DNA of 64,000 nt from assembly GCA_951406725.2 (NCBI GenBank), contig OX597821.1, positions 76,880,001-76,944,000 of the forward strand, given 5' to 3'. This stretch comes from Octopus vulgaris (taxonomy: Eukaryota). A program made the position numbers and the translations under genes. How positions within the stretch are numbered: position 1 is the first letter of the stretch; every line of letters starts with the position of its first letter. Of this stretch, positions 1-13,103 are shown in pieces. The notes under the pieces are model-generated. The model searched no databases, was not told the DNA's origin, and saw only the letters and a program-made list of their open reading frames with translations.

Positions 1-80
1 AATAGTATTAATACTTTGATACAATAGAGCACTCAATATAAATTCAGTATATAATATTCTCATTGAATATATTTAACTAA

Positions 81-243
81 GACGGGCTTCTTTCAGTTTC
101 CGTCTACCAACTCCACTCTCATGGATTTGATCGGTCCGAGGCTTTTGTACAAGACACTTGCCCAAGGTGCCATGCAGAGGGACTGAACCCAGAACCGTGT
201 AGTTGGGAAGTAAGCTTCGTACCACACAGCCACGCCTGCGCCT
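81..243 (-). mobile_element. tRNA-derived CORE-like SINE (family B), 5' half
   Basis: Reverse complement matches the head of 5629-6075 (ggcgcaggcgtggctgtgtggt...gggttcagtccc...ggcaccttgggcaagtgtctt). Confidence 0.85.
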
Positions 244-1063
244 ATTTATCTTTTTTATTATTATTTAGCTTAGAATTTTGCTTAGACTGAAATAATTACT
301 TGTTGCTTAAGCACAAAGCTACGCATTTACCTGAGGAATGAATCAACTCGTGAATCAACGTTCGCACTCGTTGACTTGTGTTGAAGACCGTCCAGCGGGT
401 ATTAAGGGTGAGCTGTAAAAGTTTACCTCTTACGGCATGCGTTCTGCTTAGTGTTTAAGAAGGTAATGGAGAAAAAGTAAAAAAAGATTATAAATAAATA
501 AATAAAATACAACAAAAGTGGGTGACGGAGGGGAGGACGTTGCAAGGACAAATTACAAAGCGGTGGGGATTTTAAACGGTGTGTGGGAATCAGGCATAAA
601 CTACAACAACAACTGCAATGATGACGACGACGACGGCGATGACGACATCTTCATCATACAACGAAATGAAATGGTCAACAACGAAACGAGCAACGATAAC
701 AACTAAAACACTCGCCACTGATCAATATTAATGACTTCTCAGTTATTTGGTGAATTCTGAGACAATTTCTTTCTCAATTAGTAAACATGAATTATAAGGA
801 AAAACATCCAAATATTTAGTTTTAGACAATAACATCTGTTATAATCTATCGCTATGCAGAATATGCAGTAAGCGTTATCAGTCGCTTTGGTTCTTATTTA
901 CTTATTATTGTTGCTTAGCCTCATATGATGCCCTGATCTAATAGACCCGGGATCGATGGCATTTATGATCATTTTGTCGTGATTAAGGTATTGTGTAATG
1001 CATATTTAGAACCACATTATCTAATGCCTTGTTTTAAATACAGAAAGGTATTATTTTAAGGAT

Positions 1064-1330
1064 GGAGGCGCGTGGCTTAGTGGTTAGGGTGTCAACATCA
1101 TGGTCGTAAGATTGTGGGTTCGATTCCTGGACCGGGTGACCGGGCGACGCGTTGTGTTCTTGAGCATAACACTTCATTTCACGTTGCTCCAGTCCACTCA
1201 GCTGGCAAAAATAAGTAACGTTGCGATGGACTGGCGTCCCGTCCAACTGGGGAACACATACGCCATTAAAACCAGGAAACCGGGCCCATGAGCTTGGCTA
1301 GGCTTTAAAAGGGCGCATTATTTATTTTTA
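1064..1330 (+). mobile_element. tRNA-derived SINE with V-domain-like body
   Basis: Box A tggcttagtgg and box B ggttcgattcc, then gcgatggactggcgtcccgtcca (V-SINE-like) and an attattt tail. Related copy at 27329-27545 (-). Confidence 0.8.
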
Positions 1331-1469
1331 TCATTTTTAGGAGATTCGATTGCTGTTTCTAATTAAGTCAATTCTTCCTCGCCTTCCAAAGACAATAAAA
1401 AAAAAGAAAATGTGGCTTTGTTAGAAAGTTAGAAATCGACATTCCACCCCACTCTACCCACTGAACACT

Positions 1470-1912
1470 AAGGTGGTGAGCTGACAAAATCGCTAGCACA
1501 CCAGACAAAATGCTTAGCGGCGTTTGTCCGTCTTTACGTTCTGAATTCAAATGTTGCCGAGATCGATTTTGCCTTTTATCTTTTGGGGATCGATGAAATA
1601 AGCACCAGTTGAGTACTGGGGTCGATGAAATCAAACAGCTCTCTCCTCCAAAATTTCAGGCCTTGTGCCATATTAGAAATGATTATTATTTAGGTGGCGA
1701 GTTGGCAGAATCGGTTGAGCATCGAATAAAAATGTTTAGTGGGGTTTCTTCCGATTCTTTTCGTCTTGAGTTCAAATTCTGCCGATGTCAACTTGGCCTT
1801 TTATCCTTTTCGGAATCGATGTAATAAATACTAGTCAATTACTGGGGTCGATGTAATCAACTAGCCCCATTTCCTCAAAATTGCTGGCCTTGTTTCAAAA
1901 TTAGAAAGAATT
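1470..1912 (+). mobile_element. Two tandem Nin-domain SINEs (family C)
   Basis: Two successive copies of aggcggcgagctggcagaatcgttag...gttcaaatt...gcctttcatcctttcggggtcgataaaataagtaccag-like sequence, which resembles the Nin/Deu domain. Confidence 0.8.
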
Positions 1913-3249
1913 AATCGGACGAGATCGTAAAGTTTTCTCGCTGGTTAATCCAACGAATGGATTGTGAACGTTTTGTCAATTTTTGAATAACTACTCAAAT
2001 ACCTGTATTAGCGGAAATATTTTCATTGAAATAAATTTGATGACTTTCATTACACGAAATACTTTTTTTTCATAATTTATGCAAATCCAATTATTACATG
2101 CCAATTACTAATTTTTTATTTTTGCATATTTTCCAATTATTTCTTGAAAATTTTCTAAACAAAAGAACACGTTATTCCCCTCCATTAAACATCCAGTCAC
2201 AAGCTTGTTTACTTAACATCCGGGACTTTAACATTTGAAAACGAAGTAAAAAAAAAAAAATGAAATTAAAAAAAGAATTCTTGTCGTACGTACCACATCA
2301 CCTCAAACCCCCAACTTTTACCGCTTTCTCTGCTTAGTACGTCGTATTTACCCAACCCCAGAAACTATCAAGGGTCACACGATCCTCAAGTCTAGCTGAC
2401 TTCCCTTCTTTTTCCATAACACCATCATTGATTCGTTAGATTTTCGAAGTTTGAACATGAGACGCGCCATTTCAAGTTCAAAAGCTACCGCCATGTTAAA
2501 ATAACATGCTAGTCAATATTGACACACCAAACGGGCGCTGATGAAGGGTAGTTTACAATCGGTTCTAAATAAACAAACGACCGGGGAAAGCCTTTTTCTT
2601 CATGTTTGTTTCATATGTAGGAATACATACAACTATCTGTTGACACACACATACCTGTCTATTTTTCTATCGTTCATACTCTCTAATACATACATCTGTT
2701 TTCACAGACTGCTTACACAGGCACTATTTAATAAAAGGCGGAATATACATACTATTTTACCATCTCTTTAAATATATAAACAGAAGTGCGCACTCGCATA
2801 GGTTCCCTCGCTCATACGTAGCTCTACGTACGCACATACGCGCATACGAATCTTTCACATACATAATATATACACACGCGTACATATGTGGGATTTGTAT
2901 TTCATTGATAAAAAAAAAGACAAGCAAAATAAAAGCAAAACTGCTGCGGTAATAAAAAGAGATGAAGAATCAAATAGATGAGAGGAGAGAAATAAAAATT
3001 TTCGTCGGGAGGAAAGAAAATACAACAAAACCGTCAGTGAGTGTGAAGTGCAAGGAAAATATTTCCCGGTATCTAAGGAAAATAAACACAAGTCATCGTT
3101 TTGTTACATCTTCATCTTATAAACTCTTTACAATTGCTTCTGTTAGCTTATGCCGCCATTGTCATCTAAATAATTTATTTGATATCATTGTTAGCGTTGA
3201 AGTTGTTGTTGTTAATTTTTAATGTTATAGCCGTTAATCCTCTATAATT

Positions 3250-3800
3250 TTGGTATAAGGCCAGCTATTTTGAGGGGAGGGGTAAGTCGACTGCTTCGAC
3301 TCCAGTACTAAACTGGCACCGTTAGCGTAGCTGTGGTGGGGAGGCGGTAGGGGCGTTCCTCCTCAAGTGGCACTTTTAAAGGGGAAGTACTTTTGGGTCT
3401 GCTGTAAGCAATATACGAGTTTTTTTGTGGGGTCTGGGGGCGGCAAACGGTAGGGCCGCCCCGGGCCGCACACACTCTAGCTATGCTAGTGACTGGCAAT
3501 TATTGTATTTTTCCCGAAAATATGGAAAGCGAAGTCGACCCCAGCGGGATTTGAACTCAAAACGAAAATACTGCTAAACATTTTTTCCGGTTCCACCACC
3601 TTAATAATTCCACCACCTTAATAATTATTATTATTTGTATTCTTTCTACAATAAGCTCAAGGACTGAAATTTTAGAAAGGAGGGCGTTTGTCGAATACAT
3701 CAACCACGGTGCTCCAATAGTATTTATTTTATCGACCTCAAAAGGATAAAAAGCAAAGTCGACCTCGGTGGTACTTGAACTCAAAACGTAAAAAGCGAGA
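3250..3800 (-). mobile_element. Two degenerate Nin-domain SINEs, the first interrupted by a MITE
   Basis: Motifs aaagtcgacctcgg...ttgaactcaaaacg at about 3530-3565 and 3755-3790. Confidence 0.65.
3320..3491. mobile_element. hAT-like MITE
   Basis: Imperfect 13-bp TIRs cgttagcgtagct / agctatgctagtg; near-perfect 8-bp TSD actggcac (3312-3319) / actggcaa (3492-3499); GC-rich interior. Confidence 0.65.
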
Positions 3801-3987
3801 ACAAATTACCGTATGCTCGGTTCATCGCCTGTTGATGTTGTTGTTGCTATTTACGACTTCTTAGCGAAAGCTTTCTGGCCATGAACATCTCGTTATTTAG
3901 GCATCACGTGTTTAGATTACATTATCCGACATATCCTCCGTAATTTAAGATGATTGGATGTGATTTTATGGGCACAAAAAGCAAAGT

Positions 3988-4205
3988 AAGGCGCCAAGCT
4001 GGCAGAATCATTTGCATGTTGGAAAAAAAAAATGCTCACCACCATCTCTCTTGACTCATTACGTTCTGAGTTCAAATCCCGCCGAGTTCAACTTTGCCTT
4101 TTATCCCTCTAGGTTTGATAAAATAAAGTAAAGTACCAGTTAAGTACTGGGATCGATGTATTAGACTTGACCCTCTCCCCTCAAAGCCACTGGCCTTGAA
4201 CCCTA
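3988..4205 (+). mobile_element. Nin-domain SINE (family C), degenerate
   Basis: acgttctgagttcaaatcccgccgagttcaactttgccttttatcc...aagtaccagttaagtactgggatcgatg. Confidence 0.75.
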
Positions 4206-4263
4206 CAACGGACCGGCTTGTCCTTCAAGGGAATGTTGTATTCTCGGTCACTTATACGCCATG

Positions 4264-4457
4264 GAAACCAAATGACCGGCCTTATGAGTCCTAAGAGTCA
4301 AGAAACCAGGTGACCGGCCTTATGAGTCCTAAGACTCAAGAAACCAAATGACCGGCCTTATTAGTCCTAGGATTCAAGAAACCCGGTGACCGGCCTTATG
4401 AGTCCGACAACTCAAAAAACTAGATAACCGGCCTTATGAGCCCTAAGAGTCAAGAAA
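4264..4457 (+). repeat. 38-bp minisatellite, about 5 units
   Basis: Unit gaaaccaaatgaccggccttatgagtcctaagagtcaa; a single inverted unit lies at about 17973-18013. Confidence 0.9.
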
Positions 4458-5560
4458 ATTTTTAAAAAGAACAAAAACAAAATAAAATATGTTTGCATGT
4501 TGTGAGAAGAAATAATTCACTTCCTTGTTTTTCTTCCTTTGCTTTTTATTATTTTCTTTCAGAACAGACTCTTCATCACCACAGACTGCAGTGAGTCTCT
4601 TCAAATTCCAGCGAGTGTAGGAGGATACATCAGTGAGTTTCCTCACTTTCACCGATAGACCTTCACTTTTACAAGGACACTACAAATGTAGACAATTAGG
4701 CTGAACTTTCGCCTGCAGGTGACAGAAGTCTTATTTAGCTAACAATCAGGCATGACTGCTGCGTTAATTTGTCGATCAGTATATAATATTTCTCCAAAGC
4801 AAATAGCACAACCTAGTGCTGTCTGACTACGTAGCACCAAGGGCCCCTAAATTTGTTCAGAAGCAGTTCATGAAATAGTGAGATGTGCACGTCTTTAACA
4901 AGGTCATCAGTAGCATAAATATACTTTTGAAGGATATAGAATTTGGAGCGGAAACTGCATCACTGATTCGTTTCGTTGAGAAAAACTTAGTCTCTACATA
5001 TTTAGAAGGAATAATCATAGAAAAATCAATGATATGGCTATTAACCGGTAGGTTGAATAGAAATTCTTTTTTAGCGACAGAAGTAGTGTTAGTTCAAAAT
5101 AACAATCTATATATCATACACAAAGTAGATATACTGTTGAGGGCATGAAAATAGCGGAAATTCGTCAACAGAAAGTATCTCTATTAAAAAGAAAAACACT
5201 ATACCATTAGTTTCTAGTTACTTGCTACTGATGATGCTCAGATAATCAGAAGTACGTATTTAGAAATGATACCACCGCCGATGGAAGCTTTTCTTTTGCT
5301 ACGGATATGTTTATGTATTTCTTTAGCAGAATATATGTGTGTGATTATGAAATATCTAATATTCCACTTTCGTATGTAGGTGTCATAGTTATGTGAGGTA
5401 CGCATACGAGTTGAAAAGTTTGGAAATATTGTTTGCAAATAATTTTTCTAATCTCCTGTTCTGACAAACACACACACATACACACATGTATGGAGAGAGA
5501 TATACACACATTTACATGTGTACATACATCTGTCTTCGGATTTTCTTTTTCTATAAATTT

Positions 5561-5628
<68 letters not shown>

Positions 5629-5629
<1 letters not shown>

Positions 5630-5790
5630 GCAGGAGTGGCTGTGTGGTAAGTAGCTTGCTAACCAACCACATGGTTCCGGGTTCAGTCCCACTGCGTGGC
5701 ATCTTGGGCAAGTGTCTTCTGCTATAGCCCCGGGCCGACTAATGCCTTGTGAGTGGATTTGGTTGACGAAAATGAAAGAAGCCAGTCGTA

Positions 5791-5871
<81 letters not shown>

Positions 5872-6075
5872 GTGTGTGCCTGTGTTTGTCCTCCTAGCAT
5901 TGCTTGACAACCGATGCTGGTGTGTTTACGTCCCCGTCACTTAGCGGTTCGGCAAAAGAGACCGATAGAATAAGTACTGGGCTTACAAAGAATAAGTCCC
6001 GGGGTCGATTTGTTCGACTAAAGGCGGTGCTCCAACATGACCGCAGTCAAATGACTGAAACAAGTAAAAGAGAGT
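5629..6075 (+). mobile_element. CORE-like SINE (family B), full length, internal (TA)n(TG)n
   Basis: tRNA-like head (tggctgtgtgg, ggttcagtccc), CORE-like ggcatcttgggcaagtgtctt, internal microsatellite, 3' end gactgaaacaagtaaaagag. Confidence 0.9.
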
Positions 6076-6124
6076 ATACATACGCTTGTATGTATCAAGT
6101 GTATGTATATATATGAAGCGTAGC

Positions 6125-6168
<44 letters not shown>

Positions 6169-6169
6169 G

Positions 6170-6300
6170 CTGAGTCCCTTTCTGTAGAAGAGCGTAGGCT
6201 CGAAACGTAAAAGACTTTTTCTATTCCTGAGCGTTATACTGATACATCTGTTTTGTACAACACATGTCTTCGTCTTTTGTTTTTTTTTTCGTAAACTCTC

Positions 6301-6304
<4 letters not shown>
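6170..6304 (+). mobile_element. Small (TA)n-inserted element with hammerhead-like fold (Penelope-like terminus)
   Basis: CUUU-CUGUAGA-A-GAGC(GUAG)GCUC-GAAAC-GUA-AAAG at 6178-6213. Related sequence at 59955-60140 (-) and a tail remnant at about 5520-5566. Confidence 0.6.
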
Positions 6305-6344
<40 letters not shown>

Positions 6345-6347
<3 letters not shown>

Positions 6348-6512
6348 CCTCTGTCTTCCCTTCTCTGGATCTTTCCTTCTCCTATGTTTCCGACGAAGAG
6401 CTACGCTCGAAACGTTAAACCCTCCTGAGCGTCCAATAATACTATATTTGTTCCACGTCCTCGCGTTGTTGTGTTTTTATTTTTTTTTTTGCTTTCTTGT
6501 TTTGATTTACTA
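6345..6512 (+). mobile_element. Small (TA)n-inserted element with minimal hammerhead (U4C variant)
   Basis: GUUU-CCGACGA-A-GAGC(UAC)GCUC-GAAAC-GUU-AAAC at 6386-6420; near-identical copy at 28748-28782 (-). Confidence 0.65.
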
Positions 6513-6791
6513 TCTATATATTTATATATATATATGGTGAAATGAAATGTCTTTCTCACGGCTCGAGTTTCGCGTCAGTTCGATCTTCAGATATAGCGGT
6601 ATGGAACTCGAATTACGGGGGAAAGAATTAAGTCTAAATAAATAACAGACTCTACATCGAAGGGTGCTACCTTTCACTTTCCATCCCCAAAACTAGCAAA
6701 TGCGAATATACATACATGTTTGCACGCATGCATGTTCATTTGTATGTATGTAGGTATGTATGAATACAGGCGTGTATGTACGTAACTATTT

Positions 6792-6829
<38 letters not shown>

Positions 6830-6939
6830 AGTTCCTCATTGAGTATTTCATTGAAGAATGCTGGCAATGAGAATCAATAGAAGTAATGTGTATTTAGGAT
6901 TAAAAGGAACAGGAAAGGTCAAGTATGTATACTATAGGT

Positions 6940-7560
<621 letters not shown>

Positions 7561-8205
7561 CGGAAATTCACATATACACAAACACGTGTAAACGTTTATA
7601 TTTACAAACAAAGAAAACAGCACTCAATACACGGTGTAGTATTTGTTTAACAATGTATAAATCCCTGGTTCCCAATATGTTTGCGCGCTCGTGCGCTTAC
7701 GTCCGCGTCTGTACGGGTATGTGTGTTTGCGTGCGTGCGAGTGTATACTTTAATGGGCATTATGTAGACATATATGTGTGTTTATATAAGTGTAACTAAC
7801 AAATATCGCCGAGTTTCCAATGAGCCGATCTCGAACGATGGTGGGCGGTCTTTTCCTCTGTTTGAGGTGACTAAATGACTGAAGTAGCTTCACTGGCGAC
7901 TGCACGACTCCATCGACACTGACCCAACAAAACAACAAAACAAAGATTAATGAACCCCTTATTGTTGATTTATCCTCGGGAAGGAGGAGCAACTGGACAA
8001 CGCTTCTTTGTTCAAAATGAAAGCAAAATAAAAGAAAAAATAATGAAGATCATCATTGTGGCTTTCCCGTTTTGTTTCTTTTGCTTTCTATCAATGATTC
8101 TTAACATTTTTTTTCTCCGGTTCCCGCAGCTCTATTGGCTCCATGAACTTATTGCTAACATCCCATGTTCTACTCAAATCGTGGCCCACAGACGCACAGT
8201 CACCG

Positions 8206-8274
<69 letters not shown>

Positions 8275-9199
8275 TCTCTCCCTCTCTCTCTCTCTCCCTC
8301 TCTGTTTGTGTCAAAGTTATTCATGTATTTTCAAACAAATAATGAGCAAAAATTTCAACCTGTTATCTTATAACGGGTTTTACTCCACAGACCAAAAGAG
8401 CTCAAGTGAAAGCAAAAAGTTCTTCGAGTCGCAAAACCGCTAAGTCTAAGCTAACAATTTTCTATATCAGGTCGCACCATTTGCGGAGGAGGGCTTGCAA
8501 AGGGCTTATTCCTTTCCTTCTAAACCATTTCAAATTTTCTTTTAATTGTTTCCTGAATCTAAGACGGCAAGCTGGCCGAATGATTAACATGCCGGACAAA
8601 ATGCTTAACGGCACTTCAAATGTTCGGACTTCAAATTCCGCCCAGGGCAACTTCATTTCATCGGTGTGTGTGCGTGTGTGCGTGTATGTGTATGTGTGTG
8701 CGTGTGTGTGAGCGTGTATGTGTGTGTGTATCTGTGTGTGTGTTGTTTATTTTCGTATACCCACCCAGTATTTTTTGTCAGCTCGAGCCCTTGTTCTACA
8801 CAAATCTTGCGGGTGCCGCCGATATACAAAATTCCCAGTCTTATCGTTAAAGGCACGAAACTGGGTATTAGTATTTTTGGTCGATAACTGAGGAAGGATT
8901 AGGGTCCTTCTGTGTCTGTCCTACGCGTACATTTTGTAGTATTTAATGCATTTTTTTCAAGAAAAGGCTCTTTTTCTTTAACAATCCTTTCATATACAAA
9001 CACGCGCGCGCTCTCTCACTTTCTCCCCTTTCCTCACCCTCTTGTACTATCCTATATCTCTCCCCACTCCTCCACACTCAATAATACTATAAAAAGAGAC
9101 AAAATTCCTGCAAAAGTTCAATTAATATTCACTAAATACATGAAGTATCATTGTTGGGCCCAAGGCCCATTGAAGAGCCCTCCACAGGAGCTAGTTGAA

Positions 9200-9585
9200 A
9201 AGCCGCCCGATAGAGCGGCCCAATTCAAGATCACAACATATAGGTACACTGTGACACAATTTCTTTTCCTCAACAGGCGCTGCCCTGTTTAATATTGTTC
9301 CAAAACTGATCAAAGAGGAAAAGTATCCCATCACCTTTAAATGAAGTCTAGACAAATTTCTTCAAGGAAGACCAGATAACCCACCTGTAAGTGGGTTATC
9401 TGGTATTCCTTGAATACAACTCACTGGATACAACTCACTTAACAAGAACTCACCACTTGAATGGACCATGATACCACAAAACTTGACTTAAAAGGGATTT
9501 AGATAATCCTATCAGGTTGTGCTATTAAGTTAGACATGGCCTGGACCAATCTTTGGTCGAAACATATCTAAGTTTATCAAAGTTT
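9200..9585 (+). mobile_element. CR1/L2-group LINE 3' end fragment
   Basis: Degenerate frame *HNFFSSTGAALFNIVPKLIKEEKYPITFK*SLDKFL, homologous to 16640-16700, followed by a 3' UTR ending in tandem aagtttat. Confidence 0.65.
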
Positions 9586-9599
9586 ATATTTATATATAT

Positions 9600-9744
9600 A
9601 ACGGGCCTCTTTCAGTTTCCGACAACGTATTCCTCTCAAGCCTTTGGTCGGCGCGAGGTTTCCGTAGAAGACACTTGCTGAAGGTGCCATACAGTGGGAC
9701 TGAACCGAAAACCATGTGGTTGAAGAACGTCATACACAGCCACG
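9600..9744 (-). mobile_element. Family B SINE, 5' half
   Basis: acgggcctctttcagtttcc...gtagaagacacttgc...cagtgggactgaacc. Confidence 0.8.
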
Positions 9745-11024
9745 AAATAAATTACAGTTTTATTTTACAGAAAACATAGGAAAACCTCGAACGGAGAATA
9801 GCTGCAGCAAAAGGTAAGAAGATCTAGTTAAAACCCTTAGAAGACGGTAAAAAATGGCCGAAAAGATGTTATAGGGAATCAAATTTTGTCCCAGATTCGA
9901 ACTCAGCCCCAAAATCCATATTTCAACAAAATCCATATTTCTTCATTCGGCCAACATCTTTTAAAATCACGCAAGAGAATAATTATATATTTGATAGTAA
10001 ATTATGCATCATAGCGTTCACATGATAACCTATATACCAGTGAAATATAATTTCATACACCCATCAGACGATAAAATAAATTACTCAACAGCTAAACATT
10101 GCAAGTATTTTCTTCCCGAAACTGGGTGATTTCCTTTTTAAATTCATGTTTAACGAAGTCCACTTAGGGAGTGGAATGTTGACAGGGTAGATTTTCTTCT
10201 CCGCAGTCAACCAGCGGCAACCAGCCAACTAGCCTGCCAACCAGCCAGCCAGCCAGCCAGCCGGCCAACTAACCAACCAGTCAGTCGAGATTTTCCGTTG
10301 ATTAAAACCGATCAAAGAAAAACAATTAGTTCGCATCGTTAAAACTGATACGTCGCAATAGTGCTTTTCAAGTATCTTGTACTTTTGACAGTGAACAACG
10401 TTTAGTTTATTATAGCTTCCACCACCACCTCCTCTACCATTACCATACGCCTGGGCTTTCTCGCAGCTTGAAGTCGCTGTTTGCGGATCAAGGAGATGGT
10501 TTTCTGATTGTAATTCAATGAGCGATATTTTAAAGAGCATTACGCGTTCATCGCTACTTAACAGACAGAAAGACTATAACCGTTATAACGAAGCAGCGGT
10601 CAATTTAAGCCAGAAACAAGCAAACTTCACAGATGGAGGTTGTTATTCATTAAATTTAACAAGGATTAGATTTACAAAACCGAGATCGGTAACTTTAGAC
10701 CGACACTTAACAAACAGTTTCACATGAAAGACAAATCATCCTACTTTAAAGATAACTAATGTGCTAATAATTAATTACACATGGACTTTTTTTATTGTAT
10801 ATTTTACGATGGTTTCTTTGGGTGAAACATCATCGAGAAATGTTGATCCATCTATCATGACAAACTTAAGATGGTTTCAATTATAATGAAACTTAGGAAA
10901 GACAAAAAAGAAAAGAAAGCAAAAAAGCATAATTAAAAATGAGTTAATTCTTTGAGTATTAATACTTTCAGTCGTATGACTGTGGCCACACTGGAGCACT
11001 TGTAGCAGCCGATCTTCCTTGAAT

Positions 11025-11185
11025 GCGCAGGAGTGGCTGTGTGGTAAGTAGCTTGCTTACCAACCACATGGTTCCGGGTTCATTCCCACTCCGTGGCAAC
11101 TTGGGCAAGTGTCTTCTACTATAGCCTCGGGCCGACCAAAGCCTTGTGAGTGAATTTGGTAGACGGAAACTGAAAGAAGCCCGTC

Positions 11186-11223
<38 letters not shown>

Positions 11224-11438
11224 GTGTGTGTATATGTTTGTCACGACAACATCGCTTGACAAACGATGCTGGTGTGTTTGCGTCCCCGTAACTTAGCGGT
11301 TCGGCAAAAGAGACCGATAGAATAAGTACTAGGCTTACAAAGAATAAGTCCTGGGGTCGATTTGCTCGACTAAAGGCGGTGCCCAGCATGGCCGCAGTCA
11401 AATGACTGAAACAAGTAAAAGAGAAAAGAGAAAAAGAG
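11025..11438 (+). mobile_element. Family B SINE, full length
   Basis: High similarity to 5629-6075; tail of repeated aaaagag. Confidence 0.9.
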
Positions 11439-11642
11439 AATGGTTGACTGGTTCGATATCGTCGTTCGGTATTTACTAAGGGTCCCTTTATATTTTTCAT
11501 TCCTTAAGACATGCAATTGGATAGTTGAGGACCTCTAAATATCAGGCTGGTAGGATCTTTTCTCTTTGGCAACCAATTTTCAATCTCATCAATTCTTGCT
11601 CGAAATGATTTCATATTCTGTGTAATGATATGGTTTTATATG

Positions 11643-12061
11643 CTCTTTTACCCTTTACTCTTTTACTTGTTTCAGTCATTTGACTGTGGCCATGCTGGAG
11701 CACCGCCTCTAGTCGAGCAAATCGACCCCAGGACTTATTCTTTGTAAGCCTAGTTCTTATTCTATCGGTCTCTTTTTGGCCGAACCGCTAGATTACGGGG
11801 ACGTAAACACACCAGCATTGGTTGTCAAGCGATATTGGAGGAGACAAACACAGACACACAAACATATACACACACATACATATACACATACATATATACG
11901 ACGGGCTTCTTTCAGTTTCTGTCTACCAAATTCACTCACAAGGCTTTGGTCGGCCCGAGGTTATAGTAGAAGACACTTGCCCAATGTGCCATGCAGTGGG
12001 ACTGAACCCGGAACCATGTAGTTCGTAAGCAAGCTACTTACCACACAGCCACTCCTACGCC

Positions 12062-12062
<1 letters not shown>
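11643..12062 (-). mobile_element. Family B SINE, full length
   Basis: Reverse complement of the 11025-11438 type. Confidence 0.9.
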
Positions 12063-12124
<62 letters not shown>

Positions 12125-12133
12125 GTGTGTATG

Positions 12134-12187
<54 letters not shown>

Positions 12188-12189
12188 AG

Positions 12190-12420
12190 TGTGTGTGTGT
12201 ATTTTTGTCTGTATTAGTTACCACCACTCCAGCCACTTGTACTGCTTTGTTTGTGTCACCTTAACTATGTAGTTCGGCAAAACAAACCGATAAAATAAGT
12301 ACAAGACTTTGGGGAAAAAAATACATAAGTACTGGGGTTGATTTGTTTAACTAAAATCTTTCACGGCATTGCCCCAGCATGGCCGCAGCCGAATGACTGA
12401 AACAAGTGAAAGATAAAAAA
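12190..12420 (+). mobile_element. Family B SINE, 3' half, diverged
   Basis: gttcggcaaaacaaaccgataaaataagtac...cagcatggccgcagccgaatgactgaaacaagt. Confidence 0.75.
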
Positions 12421-12939
12421 AGATGAAACAAAAAATAGCATGTGTGTTGTTTGAAACATGTAGACGGCTAAGGAGAAACATGAGACCGAAATAACAAAAC
12501 CCCTCGATCTAATAATGATGAACCGCCAAAAGTCAGCGACAGAAAACAGCAGAAGAACTGAATAAAAAGATAAGTAGAAAACAAGGAGATTTAAATAAAC
12601 ATATAAACATCATAGAGACAACAATTTGACGAAAGAAACTATTTAAATTTGCTAATAAGAAAATAAACATTTTTTTGTTTTCAAAATGTAGAAGAATTGT
12701 TTGTTGAGGGAATTTATTAAAAGTGCATGTGTTAAAGTGTTTCTGCTTTTCTGTGGTGCTATTGTTATTTTGTTGTTTTAATATTCTGTCGGTGCTTTTC
12801 TTCTGTTGCTATGCACGTATCTAAGATGCATTACAGAAGGGTTTGAGACGTTTTGGCATAGACGCTTATCTGGCGTTGCTGGTTCGATGCTGACTTTTAT
12901 GACATCCGACGTTTTAATATTTACACACACACATATATA

Positions 12940-13103
12940 TATACGACAGGCTTCTTTCAAGTTCCGTCTGCCAAATCTACTCACTAGGCTTTATTCGGCC
13001 CGAGGTTATAGTAGAAGTTACTTGTCAAGGTTCCAAGCAGTGGGACTGAATGCAGAACCAAGTGGTTGGGAAGCGAGCTTACCACATAGCTGCGCCTGCG
13101 CCT
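12940..13103 (-). mobile_element. Family B SINE, 5' half
   Basis: acgacaggcttctttcaagttccgtctgccaaatc...cagtgggactgaa...gcgcctgcgcc. Confidence 0.8.

Noticed and set aside
4264-4457. CRISPR-like array or tandem hammerheads (CUUAUGAGUCC...GAAAC)
   Set aside because: There are no unique spacers and the context is eukaryotic. G5 is U in every unit, stem II does not abut GAAA, and no stem I or III forms.
12840-12890. Hammerhead-like CAGAUAA..AAAACGUC on the minus strand
   Set aside because: Three core mismatches and no stem I.
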